DNA of 64,000 bases from Candidatus Bathyarchaeota archaeon (GTDB lineage: Archaea > Thermoproteota > Bathyarchaeia > Bathyarchaeales > Bathycorpusculaceae), in assembly GCA_963717465.1 (NCBI GenBank), contig OY970340.1, positions 192,001 through 256,000 of the forward strand, given 5' to 3'. This document shows, one piece after another, positions 1-10,600 of the stretch (the stretch's first letter is position 1; the number at the start of each line of letters is the position of its first letter). The position numbers and the translations under genes are program-made. A model generated the notes under the pieces. It ran no database searches and was not told the origin of the DNA. It was given only the letters and a program-made list of their open reading frames with translations.

Positions 1-8
1 CTTGTCAT
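1..8 (-). CDS. Probable 5' end of the next gene in the por operon (likely the beta subunit), running off the window
   Basis: ATG on the minus strand at 8, preceded by purine-rich GGAGAG, immediately after the porA stop; identity inferred only from the usual gamma-delta-alpha-beta order. Confidence 0.4.
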
Positions 9-23
9 TTTTTTCTCTCCTTT

Positions 24-1256
24 TTACTCCCTTAACCCTAAAAATGTAATTTGCTTTTCAACAGATCCAGTCTTGTTGATTCGAAGCAGGTCTTCGAAAA
101 CTTTTCGAAGCGTTTGCGGACTTGAGTCTCTTCCGCCTAAACCGTAAACATATTCTACTATTGCAGGATGCTTCTTAGATTCGTACATCGCATGTCGAAC
201 TTCATGGAATACTGCACCACCGTTCCCGCCGAAGCTCATGCTTTTATCCATGACGGCTACTGCAGAAACGTTTCCTAGGGCACTTCGAATTGCTTCTGCT
301 GGAAAAGGTCTAAACGTTCGTAACCGTAACAATCCAGCTTTAATTTCTTTAGCACGCAACTCATCAACGATAGTCTTAAGCGTACCAGAGGTTGATCCGA
401 CACTGACAACGGCAATTTCAGCGTCATCAAGCCTATAATTCTCTAAGAGCCCATTGCCATATTTTCTTCCACTTACCTTTTCGTAGTCAGTGTTAACTTT
501 TTGTATCAGAGCAAGAGCAGTATGCATTGCTTCTTCTTGTTGACGCTTAAATTCGAAATAATAATTGGGTAGAGCCATTGGACCAATGCTCATCGGGTTT
601 TCAGGATCAAGCTTAAACGAAGCAGTCTTTCCTTCATGAGTCAAGACTTTTGGAAATTCGCGTTCTCCGATGAATTTTTTTACATCTTCATCTGAAAGAA
701 CACTAACGTTTTCCAATGTGTGACTTGTTGTAAATCCGTCCAAGCCAACGATAATCGGTAAAGCCACATCAACGTTTTCTGCTATTTTGAAGGCCTGAAT
801 AATAGAGTCATAAGCTTCTTGCGCGTTCTCAACATAGATTTGCAGCCAGCCAGAATCTCGCTCCGCCATGCTGTCCGATTGGTCACCGTTAATGTTTAAA
901 GGAGCAGATAGTGCACGATTAGCAATCGCCATAACAACTGGAGCACGAGAACCCGAAGTTACAAACAGCATCTCATGCATCAAAGCTAACCCTGCTGATG
1001 CACTTGCAGTAAATGTTCGTGCACCCGTAGCGGATGCTGCGAGACATGCAGCTAAAGCGCTATGTTCTGATTCAGTGCAGACAAATTGTGTTCGAACTTC
1101 TCCGTTGGAAACGTATTCGCCGAATTTTTCCACGATAATTGTTTGTGGAGTAATGGGGTATGCTGCAACAACGTCTACATCTGCCTGCTTGACTGCGTAG
1201 GCGACACACTCGTCCCCGTTTAGAGCAAGAGATTCTTGCCTATTAACTTTCGTCAT
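24..1256 (-). CDS. porA: Pyruvate/2-oxoacid:ferredoxin oxidoreductase alpha subunit
   Basis: AAYPITPQT, ESEHSAL, NRALSAPLNI and GLGGRD motifs; operon with the gamma and delta subunits. Confidence 0.93.
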   Translation of the reverse strand: MTKVNRQESLALNGDECVAYAVKQADVDVVAAYPITPQTIIVEKFGEYVSNGEVRTQFVCTESEHSALAACLAASATGARTFTASASAGLALMHEMLFVTSGSRAPVVMAIANRALSAPLNINGDQSDSMAERDSGWLQIYVENAQEAYDSIIQAFKIAENVDVALPIIVGLDGFTTSHTLENVSVLSDEDVKKFIGEREFPKVLTHEGKTASFKLDPENPMSIGPMALPNYYFEFKRQQEEAMHTALALIQKVNTDYEKVSGRKYGNGLLENYRLDDAEIAVVSVGSTSGTLKTIVDELRAKEIKAGLLRLRTFRPFPAEAIRSALGNVSAVAVMDKSMSFGGNGGAVFHEVRHAMYESKKHPAIVEYVYGLGGRDSSPQTLRKVFEDLLRINKTGSVEKQITFLGLRE

Positions 1257-1262
1257 CCTATT

Positions 1263-1544
1263 TTACTCCTGTTCCAGTTTCATCGTAATTGCCTTTGCGG
1301 GGCATTCATTTGCGCAAATTCCGCAACCTTTGCAAAAGCTAAGATCAAACTCGACTTTTTTGAGTTCTGGACGCCAGCGAATTGCTCCGTCTGGGCAGAA
1401 TAATACGCATGTTAGGCAGAGAGTGCATTTCTCCAAGTCTCTAATAGGCATGAAAGTTTTCCAGTCTCCAGTCATGAAGCCAACGCTTGATTTAGGGCAA
1501 ACGGCAGCCATAGAAATTTCTTTCCAATTTTTTTCTCGACTCAT
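1263..1544 (-). CDS. porD: 2-oxoacid:ferredoxin oxidoreductase delta subunit (2x[4Fe-4S])
   Basis: TGDWK..P, CxxCxxCxxxCP and CKGCGICANECP motifs. Confidence 0.93.
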   Translation of the reverse strand: MSREKNWKEISMAAVCPKSSVGFMTGDWKTFMPIRDLEKCTLCLTCVLFCPDGAIRWRPELKKVEFDLSFCKGCGICANECPAKAITMKLEQE

Positions 1545-2104
1545 TCTGTTTTTGCCTCCTCATATGCTTCCTTGATAACTTTGAAGTTTTTTTCTGCAAC
1601 ATCGGGTCTGAAACGTTCATTTACAGTTTTTTCAACAGTGTCCAAAGAAATTATTCCTGTTGCACGTGCGACGGCACCAAGCATTGCCGTGTTTGTTATC
1701 GGTGCACCTAATATTTTCAGGGCTATTTCAGACGCTGCAACTGTCCAAACCTTGCCTTTAACTACTCTAAGATTTTCCTTTAAAACTGAAGGCGTCTCAG
1801 TTGAATTAAGTATGATTATATCGTCATCCTTGTTTAAACCCGCCGTAACAGGCACAGTTTTAAGCAAAGTATTATCCAAAACTATAACAACATCTGGATC
1901 GTACACAGCGCAATGTAACCTAATTGGTTCCTCACTTATTCGTGTAAAAGCTGTTACAGGAGCACCCATCCTTTCAGGTCCAAACTCTGGAAAAGACTGA
2001 ATATACTTCCCTTCAGCATGCGCTGTTCTAGCTAATAATTCGCTGGCTGTCCAAGCGCCTTGCCCACCACGCCCATGCCATCTGAATTCAACTAGTTTTT
2101 TCAA
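1541..2104 (-). CDS. porG: 2-oxoacid:ferredoxin oxidoreductase gamma subunit
   Basis: HGRGGQG, FGPERMGAPV, NTAMLGA; likely start is TTG at 2104 (ORF track extends to 2143). Confidence 0.92.
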   Translation of the reverse strand: MKKLVEFRWHGRGGQGAWTASELLARTAHAEGKYIQSFPEFGPERMGAPVTAFTRISEEPIRLHCAVYDPDVVIVLDNTLLKTVPVTAGLNKDDDIIILNSTETPSVLKENLRVVKGKVWTVAASEIALKILGAPITNTAMLGAVARATGIISLDTVEKTVNERFRPDVAEKNFKVIKEAYEEAKTE

Positions 2105-2314
2105 GTAATCTTTCTCCAAATAATGTTCACAAATTAAATACACAATACCTAAATATACATTTTTATTGCAAAAATACGTTTCTATTTATCTTCATACGAT
2201 AATCTTTCTATCGACATTGACATAAGTATCGCTAATATGCAACCAAGCTCAACACTACTGATAAAATTTAATCAGTTATAGGATATGTTAAAAAGGTATG
2301 CGTTGCATTATTTT

Positions 2315-3038
2315 ATGGTGCCCAAGGTGGAGAAATCGGATTGGGAAAGACTTATTGACAGCTTGGTGAAACAGGGAATTCTCCATTCGCCTAAGGTAAT
2401 TGCGGCAATGCGCTCGTTACCCCGCACAAAGTTTCTGCCTGCTGACATGCAATCGTACAGTTCCACTGACACGCCTCTTCCAATTGGTTTTAGCCAGACA
2501 ATATCGGCGCCACATAACTTGGCTTAAATGCCTTGTTAGGCGAAACATGGTTTCAATCATGAATGAAGCCCTCCAATTGGAAGTTGGAAACAGAGTCTTG
2601 GAGATAGGTGCAGGCTCAGGCTGGCATGCAGCGACGATAGCGGAGCTGATAACTGCTAAAGATGCTCCAAGAACCGAATGGGGACACGTTTACACGGTAG
2701 AGATTATTCAGGGGTTAGCTGATTTGGCAAGAAAAAACATCATGAACGCAGGTTACGGTGACCGAGTGACCATAATAAACGCTGACGGCTCGAAAGGGTA
2801 CCCTCAAAAAGCACCGTACGACAGAATATTAGTTACCGCAGCAGCCCCTAAAGTTCCAGAACCATTGCTTGAACAATTAAAAATCAATGGTATAATGATG
2901 ATTCCAGTAGGAAGCATGACGCTCTTCCAAAACCTATACAAAATAACTAAAACCGCTGATGGAAAAGTCAAGCGGGAAAATCTTGGTGGGGTAGCTTTTG
3001 TTCCTTTAACTGGGGAACATGGACAGAACCTAAAATAG
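2315..3038 (+). CDS. pcm: Protein-L-isoaspartate O-methyltransferase, interrupted by a 31-nt insert (exons ~2315-2513 and 2545-3038)
   Basis: PLPIGFSQTISAPH in one frame; MVSIMNEAL, VLEIGAGSGW, APYDRILVTAAAP and FVPL in another; joining 2513 to 2545 gives one 230-aa frame. Confidence 0.92.
2514..2544 (+). other. Candidate bulge-helix-bulge intron in pcm mRNA
   Basis: CGCC(2508-11) pairs with GGCG(2539-42); 3-nt bulges ACA(2512-14) and AAA(2543-45); intron stem TAAC/GTTA plus GGC/GCC; cutting after the 2nd nt of each bulge gives GCG CCA CAC ATG GTT. Confidence 0.82.
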
Positions 3039-4073
3039 CTAACCGAACCATTTAGTCAGCGTGGTTTTGCCTTTTTCTTTCTTTGTGCCCTCAAGCATTT
3101 TATCTAAGGACTTTTTCACCCGATCTTCCGAAAAATCTTTTTCATGACACAGAAAATCAACCGTGCCGTCAACATTTGGCTCTTGCCAATCTAAAGAATA
3201 ATTGTCAGTAACTTCAGGATGCAAGAAAATTTCGCGTATCCGTTCGGGTTCAACTGGGAAAACTGCATTTTTTATGCTCGGTAAAGCCTTTTCTATTGTT
3301 CCATTTTCTTTGATGAGTTTAAGTGCAGTCTTTGGGCCTAGCCCTTTTATGCCGTTAGGGTTAAAATCCGTGCCAATCAATATACCTACATCGATCAACT
3401 GCTCAAAAGTTAACTCGCACTCTTTAAGCGCTTTATTGAGCTCGATTACTTCTGGAACAATGTCGACGTAAACGTTTTTGCTTGGAAGTTTTCTTCTTCC
3501 AGAAATAGTCACGTTCCTAAGCAGCAAAGGCGCCCCGAAAAGCAGACTGTCATAATCTTGACTTGCACAGTAATCAGCTTTGCCACTTTTGGTCATGTGT
3601 GCTGCTTGGGCTTCGCCTTCACTTGGCGCTTGAACACAAGGTATCCCCATAAGATTTAGCAGTTTCTTACTGTCATCCTCCATGTAATCCTTCATCGTCA
3701 TCGTTGCCTGAGCGAACCGTCGCATCTTCTCCTTATCACCCTTTGCAACGGCTTTCTCATAATGCGCAGAAGCTTCGATCTTGATTTGCCTGCGCCGCTC
3801 AATCTCTGCAGCTTTCAAAGTCGGCGGAGTGCCATCAAACACGTAGATTGGTTTTAAACCCATTTCCAGCAGGTTGCTTGTGCGGTAAAATAATCCGCTA
3901 AGGTGACTGGTTATTTTTCCCGTGGCATCTTTTAGCGGCGTGCCATCTGGTTGACGAATAATTGCAAGAAACTGGTAAAGAGCATTATATGCATCTATGG
4001 CGATGACTTTTCCGCTTAAATCTTCAAGTTTAACCTGAGTTTTCGGTATAAGGTCTTTGAAGTTTACGCCCAA
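3039..4073 (-). CDS. fen: Flap endonuclease 1
   Basis: DAYNALYQFLAIIRQPDG, APSEGEAQAA, SQDYDSLLFGAP, GTDFN, C-terminal PIP-like TLTKWF. Confidence 0.96.
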   Translation of the reverse strand: MGVNFKDLIPKTQVKLEDLSGKVIAIDAYNALYQFLAIIRQPDGTPLKDATGKITSHLSGLFYRTSNLLEMGLKPIYVFDGTPPTLKAAEIERRRQIKIEASAHYEKAVAKGDKEKMRRFAQATMTMKDYMEDDSKKLLNLMGIPCVQAPSEGEAQAAHMTKSGKADYCASQDYDSLLFGAPLLLRNVTISGRRKLPSKNVYVDIVPEVIELNKALKECELTFEQLIDVGILIGTDFNPNGIKGLGPKTALKLIKENGTIEKALPSIKNAVFPVEPERIREIFLHPEVTDNYSLDWQEPNVDGTVDFLCHEKDFSEDRVKKSLDKMLEGTKKEKGKTTLTKWFG

Positions 4074-4176
4074 AACTTACCACAAATAAACAAAAAGCAA
4101 GAGCCTTAATAAATTTGCCAGTCTTCTTAAAAGAGTATAAATGCAGGTAATACATTAGTATAACGTGTGGTTATAC

Positions 4177-4440
4177 ATGCTTGAAGAAGAAATGAAAGTC
4201 GGCCCAAAGGGACAGGTCGTTATTCCAAGGGCAATGCGTAAAGCATTGAAAATAGAACCAGGCTCCAAAGTCTTGTTTAAACTGGAAGACGATAAGTTAA
4301 TCCTAAAGAAACCTGCTTTCGATGCTGTAGCCGTTTTTACAAGAATTGCCAATGAAATCAAGAGCAATGAAAAAATAAACCCACATGCTTACGAAGAAGA
4401 ACTTGAAGAGAGAACCCGCCGTGCTCTATCTGGACGCTAA
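4177..4440 (+). CDS. AbrB/MazE-family antitoxin
   Basis: KVGPKGQVVIPRAMRKALKIEPG; overlaps the downstream PIN gene. Confidence 0.88.
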   Translation: MLEEEMKVGPKGQVVIPRAMRKALKIEPGSKVLFKLEDDKLILKKPAFDAVAVFTRIANEIKSNEKINPHAYEEELEERTRRALSGR

Positions 4441-4816
4441 CGTCTTTATCTACGCAACAATAAACACTCAGAAACCCGGCGAAAACGCAAGGGAGCTTCT
4501 ACAAAAAATCCAGCAGGGAGAAGAAACAGCAGTAACCTCGGCGTTAACTTTTGATGAAGTCTTCTGGGCAGTAAAAAAATATAGTGCCGAATTAGCATTT
4601 CATTCATGCACAGCGCTATTGAATTTTCCCAATTTAGAGATAATACCCGTTGACAGAGAAACAGCTATTTCAGCCTTGAAAATCATCGATGAATACCACT
4701 TAGCGCCAAGAGATGCCATCCATGCTGCAACCGCAATAGCAGAAAAAGCAGATTTTATAGTTTCAACCGATGCACACTTCGACAAAGTTAAGGAATTAAA
4801 ACGGAAAGAAACATAA
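4421..4816 (+). CDS. vapC: VapC PIN-domain toxin
   Basis: LYLDANVFI, DEV, RDAIHAATA, STDAHFD; probable GTG start at 4421. Confidence 0.88.
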   Translation: MLYLDANVFIYATINTQKPGENARELLQKIQQGEETAVTSALTFDEVFWAVKKYSAELAFHSCTALLNFPNLEIIPVDRETAISALKIIDEYHLAPRDAIHAATAIAEKADFIVSTDAHFDKVKELKRKET

Positions 4817-4930
4817 CACAACATACCTCTTGTATGAAGGTTGAAGAAACCAAGTACCTTCCTTTCTTGACTTGTTGAGCACAGCAAATATAAGGAAGAG
4901 TCACAATATGGAACGGCAAAGACGTGTTTG

Positions 4931-5122
4931 CTTATGACAGAAAAAGCAGCAACATTATCATTAGTTACATGCACAAGTTGCGGAAAACCGATCCCGCCGG
5001 GTACAGAATCGACAAAATTCATGTGTCCAAACTGCGGGGAAATCCAGATAAAACGCTGCGGAAAATGCAGAAAATTCGGTCGCCTTTATAAATGCCCAAA
5101 ATGTGGTTTTACAGGACCATAA
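4931..5122 (+). CDS. Small double zinc-ribbon protein (DUF1610-like) upstream of EF-1beta
   Basis: [30 protein letters not shown]; typical archaeal position next to EF-1beta. Confidence 0.88.
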   Translation, partial: LMTEKAATLSLVTCTSCGKPIPPGTESTKFMCPNCGEIQIKRCGKCRKFGRLYKCPKCGFTGP

Positions 5123-5135
5123 ACGGTGAAAGTTA

Positions 5136-5411
5136 ATGGGCAGCGTTCTTGTAACATACAAGGTTTTTCCGGAAGACATAGTGAAGAACTTTGACCCGTT
5201 GAAAAGCCAAATCCAAGCGTGCATGCCTGAATTTGCTTCGGTAGAAGGCTGGGGAGAAGAGCCCATAGCTTTCGGATTAGTAGCGCTTCTAGTGCAGATA
5301 AAGTTTCCAGAAGACAAAACGGGCATAGTTGACGAATTTGAAACTTCACTTGCCAAAATCCCAGGTGTAAGTCAAGCTCAAACATTCAACGTTCGAAGAA
5401 CAAGCAGGTAA
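5136..5411 (+). CDS. ef1b: Translation elongation factor 1-beta
   Basis: VLVTYKVFPED, EEPIAFGLVAL. Confidence 0.9.
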   Translation: MGSVLVTYKVFPEDIVKNFDPLKSQIQACMPEFASVEGWGEEPIAFGLVALLVQIKFPEDKTGIVDEFETSLAKIPGVSQAQTFNVRRTSR

Positions 5412-5652
5412 ACGGCAGAGAAAAGCTATTTACCGTTAAATTATGGATTTTTTGTTCAAAAAACCAAGTTTTTCCTTATCATTAATGGCGTCAGGGTTTT
5501 AGGTTCCTTTAAAACTGGAAAAACAGCCGCAAGCAACATTTAAAACTAATTTAAGAATCTGAAGGTTTTTATCCCTACGCTTTAAAGTTTATATAGGAAT
5601 AAAAAGTTCTCAATCATAAAAGTCAAAGTAATAAGTTATTGAAGGATTCATT

Positions 5653-7824
5653 ATGAGCGAAACGCAACTACGTGTAGGAGATGCAAGACAAAGAGACGTA
5701 GGCAGAGGAATAGCACGGATTGACCAACGAACCATGCAAAAACTTGGTATAAGCGCAGGAGACGTAATCGAAATTGTAAATAAACGCACAACGTCTGCTA
5801 TTGCCTGGCCAGCCTACAGCGAAGACCAAAACCGCGACATAATACGCATTGACGGTTTCACCCGTAAAAACAGTGGTGTGGCAATAAACGAGTATGTTGT
5901 CGTTCGGCCAGCAAAAGTCAAAACGGCATTAAGTATAACCTTAGCGCCTGTTGACATGCGACTCAACGTTGATGAAGATTTCACAAATTTTGTCAAGAAT
6001 AGACTAATGGAAAGAACCTTAGTCGAAGGAGACACAACGCTAGTAATGATGCTGGGACACGCAATACCCTTCACAGTTTCAAAAACTAGGCCTCACGGAA
6101 TCATAAAAGTTACAGCTGAAACTCGGCTAACCATTTTAAACGAGCCAGCTCCTGAAGGTAAAGGGTTGCCAAGAACCACTTATGAAGACATTGGTGGTTT
6201 GCATGAGGAGATTCAAAGAGTTCGAGAAATGGTGGAATTGCCTCTTCGGCACCCAGAATTGTTTCAGCGTTTAGGAATAGAACCGCCCAAAGGTGTGCTT
6301 CTTCATGGTCCGCCAGGATGCGGCAAAACCTTACTCGCCAGAGCCGTAGCAAACGAGTCAGAGGCAAACTTTTACTCGATAAACGGACCCGAAATCATGA
6401 GCAAATTTTACGGCGAGTCCGAAGCAAAATTGCGCGAAATTTTCCAACAAGCCCAACAAAACGCTCCAAGCATAATATTCATTGATGAACTGGATGCCAT
6501 AGCTCCAAAAAGAGAAGAAGTAACGGGAGAAGTCGAACGACGCGTTGTCGCTCAACTTTTAGCTTTGATGGATGGCTTAAGCGGCAGAGGAAACGTAATC
6601 GTAATCGGTGCTACAAACAGACCTGGCGCGCTGGATCCTGCTTTACGTCGTCCAGGACGATTTGATAGAGAAATCGAAATAGGTGTTCCAGACAAGAAAG
6701 GAAGATACGAAGTTCTGCAAATTCACACAAGAGGCATGCCGCTTGCAGAAGACGTTGACCTAAAGAAGTTATCTGATATGACCCATGGCTACACAGGTGC
6801 AGATTTATCCGCTCTTGGCAGAGAAACAGCAATGAAGGCACTCCGAAGGTACCTGCCACAGATAAATCTTGAAGAAGAACGCATCCCACCAGCGGTCTTG
6901 GAGAAGATGGAGGTTAAAATGGATGATTTCATCAGCGCATACAAAGAAGTCACTCCGACAGCCATGCGGGAAGTCTACATTGAAGTATCAACAGTCCACT
7001 GGGAAGACGCAGGCGGATTAGAAGAAGTCAAACAACATCTAAAAGAAGCAGTTGAATGGCCACTTAAAACCCCAGAAGTCTTCAGCCGAATGGGAATAAA
7101 ACCTCCAAAAGGCATACTCTTATACGGTCCACCAGGATGCGGCAAAACCTTACTCGCCAGAGCCGTATCAACAGAAAGCGAAGCTAACTTTATCTCGATT
7201 AAGGGTCCTGAAGTTTTCTCCAAATGGGTTGGAGAATCAGAAAAAGCCATAAGAGAAGTCTTCCGCAAAGCCCGAATGGCAGCGCCAGCAGTAGTATTCC
7301 TCGACGAGATGGATTCACTTGCGCCAAGACGTGGCAGTGGAATGTCGGATAGCGGAGTATCTGAACGAGTCATAAGTCAACTATTAACGGAAATGGATGG
7401 AATCGTCACTTTACAAGACATAGTAGTTATCGCTGCCACCAACAGGCCGGACATGGTTGATTCAGCAGTTCTAAGGCCAGGCAGATTCGACAGATTAATT
7501 TACGTGCCTGAACCGGACGAAAAAAGCCGACTGCAAATCTTCAAGATTTACACCAAAGACATGCCGGTAACATCTGATGTCGATTTAAATCAGTTAACAA
7601 GCATAACCAAGTACTATACAGGAGCTGACATTGAATCAGTATGCAGAGAAGCAGCAATGCATGCTTTACGTCGCGACGTGAACATTAGAGAAGTTACGAT
7701 GAAAGATTTCCAGGATGCACTAAAAGAAATGGGTCCCTCAGTTACACCTGACATGGAAAAATGGTACAAGAGCTTCATGCAACAAGTCCGTCAAGTTCAA
7801 AAGCCAGCAACACCAGTAGCTTAG
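5653..7824 (+). CDS. cdc48: CDC48/VCP-family AAA+ ATPase
   Basis: N-domain [10 protein letters not shown]; two AAA modules with [16 protein letters not shown] and RPGRFDR. Confidence 0.96.
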   Translation: MSETQLRVGDARQRDVGRGIARIDQRTMQKLGISAGDVIEIVNKRTTSAIAWPAYSEDQNRDIIRIDGFTRKNSGVAINEYVVVRPAKVKTALSITLAPVDMRLNVDEDFTNFVKNRLMERTLVEGDTTLVMMLGHAIPFTVSKTRPHGIIKVTAETRLTILNEPAPEGKGLPRTTYEDIGGLHEEIQRVREMVELPLRHPELFQRLGIEPPKGVLLHGPPGCGKTLLARAVANESEANFYSINGPEIMSKFYGESEAKLREIFQQAQQNAPSIIFIDELDAIAPKREEVTGEVERRVVAQLLALMDGLSGRGNVIVIGATNRPGALDPALRRPGRFDREIEIGVPDKKGRYEVLQIHTRGMPLAEDVDLKKLSDMTHGYTGADLSALGRETAMKALRRYLPQINLEEERIPPAVLEKMEVKMDDFISAYKEVTPTAMREVYIEVSTVHWEDAGGLEEVKQHLKEAVEWPLKTPEVFSRMGIKPPKGILLYGPPGCGKTLLARAVSTESEANFISIKGPEVFSKWVGESEKAIREVFRKARMAAPAVVFLDEMDSLAPRRGSGMSDSGVSERVISQLLTEMDGIVTLQDIVVIAATNRPDMVDSAVLRPGRFDRLIYVPEPDEKSRLQIFKIYTKDMPVTSDVDLNQLTSITKYYTGADIESVCREAAMHALRRDVNIREVTMKDFQDALKEMGPSVTPDMEKWYKSFMQQVRQVQKPATPVA

Positions 7825-7834
7825 GAGAAAAATT

Positions 7835-8065
7835 ATGCCGCAAATAAAAACATGGAAAACTAGACCAGCCCACTTCGTTTTGCTTGAGATTTTAGGCAAA
7901 AAGGGAGACATGAATGATGACGACCTATTTGACCAGTTAAAAGACGAGTATGAAGACTTAGGTTTCAAAGACTTCAACGATCTCCTACTGAAGCTAGAAG
8001 TAAGCGGAAAAATCCGAACATCATCCATGTCGCGTGGAAAAAGACATATTGAATTAGCTCAATAA
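7835..8065 (+). CDS. Small winged-helix-like hypothetical protein
   Basis: 76 aa ORF packed between cdc48 and GGR; LLKLEVSGKI wing pattern. Confidence 0.7.
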   Translation: MPQIKTWKTRPAHFVLLEILGKKGDMNDDDLFDQLKDEYEDLGFKDFNDLLLKLEVSGKIRTSSMSRGKRHIELAQ

Positions 8066-9303
8066 TGATGATGGCGCACAACGTGCAACCAACGACCAGT
8101 GAGGATGTAATAGTCGTTGGCGGAGGTCCCGTTGGCTCCTATACAGCCCTAAACTTGGCTAAATTAGGCGCTAAAGTAACTGTTTTTGAAGAGCACCCTT
8201 CGATTGGGATTCCAGCCCATTGCGCTGGTCACTTAAGTATCCGTAGTTTGAAGGCAATTGGACTGTATCCTCTTCCAGAAGGCATTGTTGAAAATACTTT
8301 TGATGCAGCAAATTTTTATTCGCCTTCAGGTTTCAAGTTTCCACTTCACCTGTCTTGTCCAGTTACTGCCGTCTTGAACCGGTCACTCTTGGATCAATAC
8401 TTAGCCAAGCAGGCGCAAGCGGCAGGAGCAAGATTCCGCTTAAACTCACGCGTCCAATCGTTAATTATAGTTGACAATTATGTTAAAGGCGTAAAATTGG
8501 ATGATAACCAAAACGTTTATTCTAAAATTACTGTTGACGCCGAAGGAATCTCGTCTAGGCTAATAAAGCAAGCAGGTTTGAAGCCGCTTAATCCAGACAA
8601 GCTTGTGTTTGCTGCACAAGCTGAAGTAAGCAACGTGAAAAATGTTGAGCTACATGCGGTTGAAGTTTACTTAGGCAGACCCTATGCACCAGGATTTTAT
8701 GGGTGGCTTATTCCAAGACCTGACGGATCAGCAAAGGTAGGCTTAGCAACAAACAAGGGAAACCCAGCTGATTTCCTCAAAAACCTCATGTTCAAGCATC
8801 CTGTTGCTTCAAAACAGCTCGCAAACGCAAAAATCACCAAAATATCATTTCACCCAATTACACTGGGCGGATTAATCCCTAAACTTTATTCGAACGGCTT
8901 TTTAGCTGTTGGAGATGTAGCATCTCAAGTTAAGCCGACCACGGGGGGCGGAGTAATTTTTGGCTTAACAAGCGCACAAATTGCTGCCCAAGTAGCAGTC
9001 AAAGCGCTACAAAAAGGTGATTTCTCCTCCGATACTTTGATTGCTTACCAGAAACGATGCAAAGACGCATTAAATTTTGACTTAAGCTTCATGCTTAAGC
9101 TTAGACATTTTCTCGATAACCTTTCTGACCGAAAAATTGAAGAAGCATTCAGGTTCTGCAAGCAATTCGGAGTAGACAACGCATTTCGTGATGTTACAGA
9201 AATTGATTTTCAAGGACAAATGATTCTAAGACAATTAAGCAAGCCATCTATGCTTGTGGCATCCGCTTACCTCTTGCTGCTCTACCTATCTACAAACTTG
9301 TAA
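8065..9303 (+). CDS. Geranylgeranyl reductase-family FAD oxidoreductase
   Basis: DVIVVGGGPVG, FYGWLIP, AKVGL, VGDVASQVKPTTGGG. Confidence 0.88.
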   Translation: MMMAHNVQPTTSEDVIVVGGGPVGSYTALNLAKLGAKVTVFEEHPSIGIPAHCAGHLSIRSLKAIGLYPLPEGIVENTFDAANFYSPSGFKFPLHLSCPVTAVLNRSLLDQYLAKQAQAAGARFRLNSRVQSLIIVDNYVKGVKLDDNQNVYSKITVDAEGISSRLIKQAGLKPLNPDKLVFAAQAEVSNVKNVELHAVEVYLGRPYAPGFYGWLIPRPDGSAKVGLATNKGNPADFLKNLMFKHPVASKQLANAKITKISFHPITLGGLIPKLYSNGFLAVGDVASQVKPTTGGGVIFGLTSAQIAAQVAVKALQKGDFSSDTLIAYQKRCKDALNFDLSFMLKLRHFLDNLSDRKIEEAFRFCKQFGVDNAFRDVTEIDFQGQMILRQLSKPSMLVASAYLLLLYLSTNL

Positions 9304-9448
9304 TAGCAAGTCAAGCATGAAACCGAAAATTGCCATTACCTTTTGAATCTGACAGTTACTGGTTTAAATGATCAAAAGTAACTTTTTTATCTCCAGAAAA
9401 GTAAAGTCATTGTGAAAGCAACCTCATAACCTTCTGGAGAAATTTAAA

Positions 9449-10105
9449 GTGAAAAAGCCTGAAATTTACCTTGAACCCAAATCGAGAACGTTGAAAGTAT
9501 TAGATTTATTGGGAAAAGAGTATCCGAACGCGAAAACAGCTTTAGACTACACGAATCCACTTGAAATTTTAGTAGCCACGATGCTTTCTGCGCAGACGAC
9601 TGATGAAAGAGTGAACATTGTTACGAAAACGCTTTTCAAGAAGTACAGAAAACCGGAAGACTACGCTGGCGTGGATATAAAAGATTTAGAGCAAGACGTC
9701 CGCTCAACTGGTTTTTACCATAACAAGGCAAGTAATCTTAAGAAATGCGGCCAAATGTTAGTTGAAAAGTATCATTCTCAAGTTCCAAAAACAATGGATG
9801 AGCTGCTCGAGCTGCCAGGAGTAGCACGCAAAACCGCTAACATAGTGCTATACAATGCGTACGGCATAACAGCAGGAATAGCGATTGACACTCATGTACG
9901 CAGGCTTTCGCAGCGTCTAGGGCTTACTGAACAAACTGACCCAGCAAAGATAGAAGCAGAATTAATGAAGATAACTCCTAAAGAAGAATGGATGCAACTA
10001 ACTGACCTACTTATTCTTCATGGACGACAAGTTTGCTTTACACAAAAACCAAAATGCGAAGCATGCGTGCTAAACAAAATATGCCCCAGTGCTTTCATGT
10101 TTTAG
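9449..10105 (+). CDS. nth: Endonuclease III
   Basis: LSAQTTD, HhH LPGVARKTAN, IDTHVRR, C-terminal [4Fe-4S] CX6CX2CX5C. Confidence 0.95.
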   Translation: MKKPEIYLEPKSRTLKVLDLLGKEYPNAKTALDYTNPLEILVATMLSAQTTDERVNIVTKTLFKKYRKPEDYAGVDIKDLEQDVRSTGFYHNKASNLKKCGQMLVEKYHSQVPKTMDELLELPGVARKTANIVLYNAYGITAGIAIDTHVRRLSQRLGLTEQTDPAKIEAELMKITPKEEWMQLTDLLILHGRQVCFTQKPKCEACVLNKICPSAFMF

Positions 10106-10333
10106 TTAAAAATCAACATTTGATCCCTTAATGTTCATCGTACCTGCTTTCTTTGAAAACTCGTCTCTGAGCCTTTTCTCCATGAAGATTGAAATCCAAA
10201 CGTTCAGAATTAAGGGTTTTTCTTGACTGAAGAGGGCATTATCTTTTAGTTTTGTATGCTCTGATTTTCGGCTTCGGAAATCTTCTGGGAAAGCATTGAT
10301 TAGTATGAAAGTAAAATATTCTTACTGATAATT

Positions 10334-10600
10334 ATGACAGAAGATCTTGAAGTTACTACAATGAGTGAAAAAGGACAAGTTGTCATCCCTCAGTCGATAC
10401 GAAAGGAACTTGGAATAAAACCAAAAACCAAGTTTTTAGTCTACGGAAGAGGCGATACTGTCATAATGAAGAAACTCGAGCTCCCAGACATAAAGAAAGA
10501 ATGGGAAGACATATTCAAGCTGATGGACAAAAAAGAACTAAAGATTTCTGATAAAGAAGTACAGAAAGAGATAGCAGAGGCTAGAAAGGCTACCAGATGA
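10334..10600 (+). CDS. AbrB/MazE-family antitoxin
   Basis: MSEKGQVVIPQSIRKELGIKP. Confidence 0.87.
   Translation: MTEDLEVTTMSEKGQVVIPQSIRKELGIKPKTKFLVYGRGDTVIMKKLELPDIKKEWEDIFKLMDKKELKISDKEVQKEIAEARKATR

Noticed and set aside
2285..3038. pcm split as a sequencing frameshift or as two genes
   Set aside because: The break is a 31-nt structured insert inside a conserved motif, not a 1-nt indel, and neither ORF alone is a complete enzyme.
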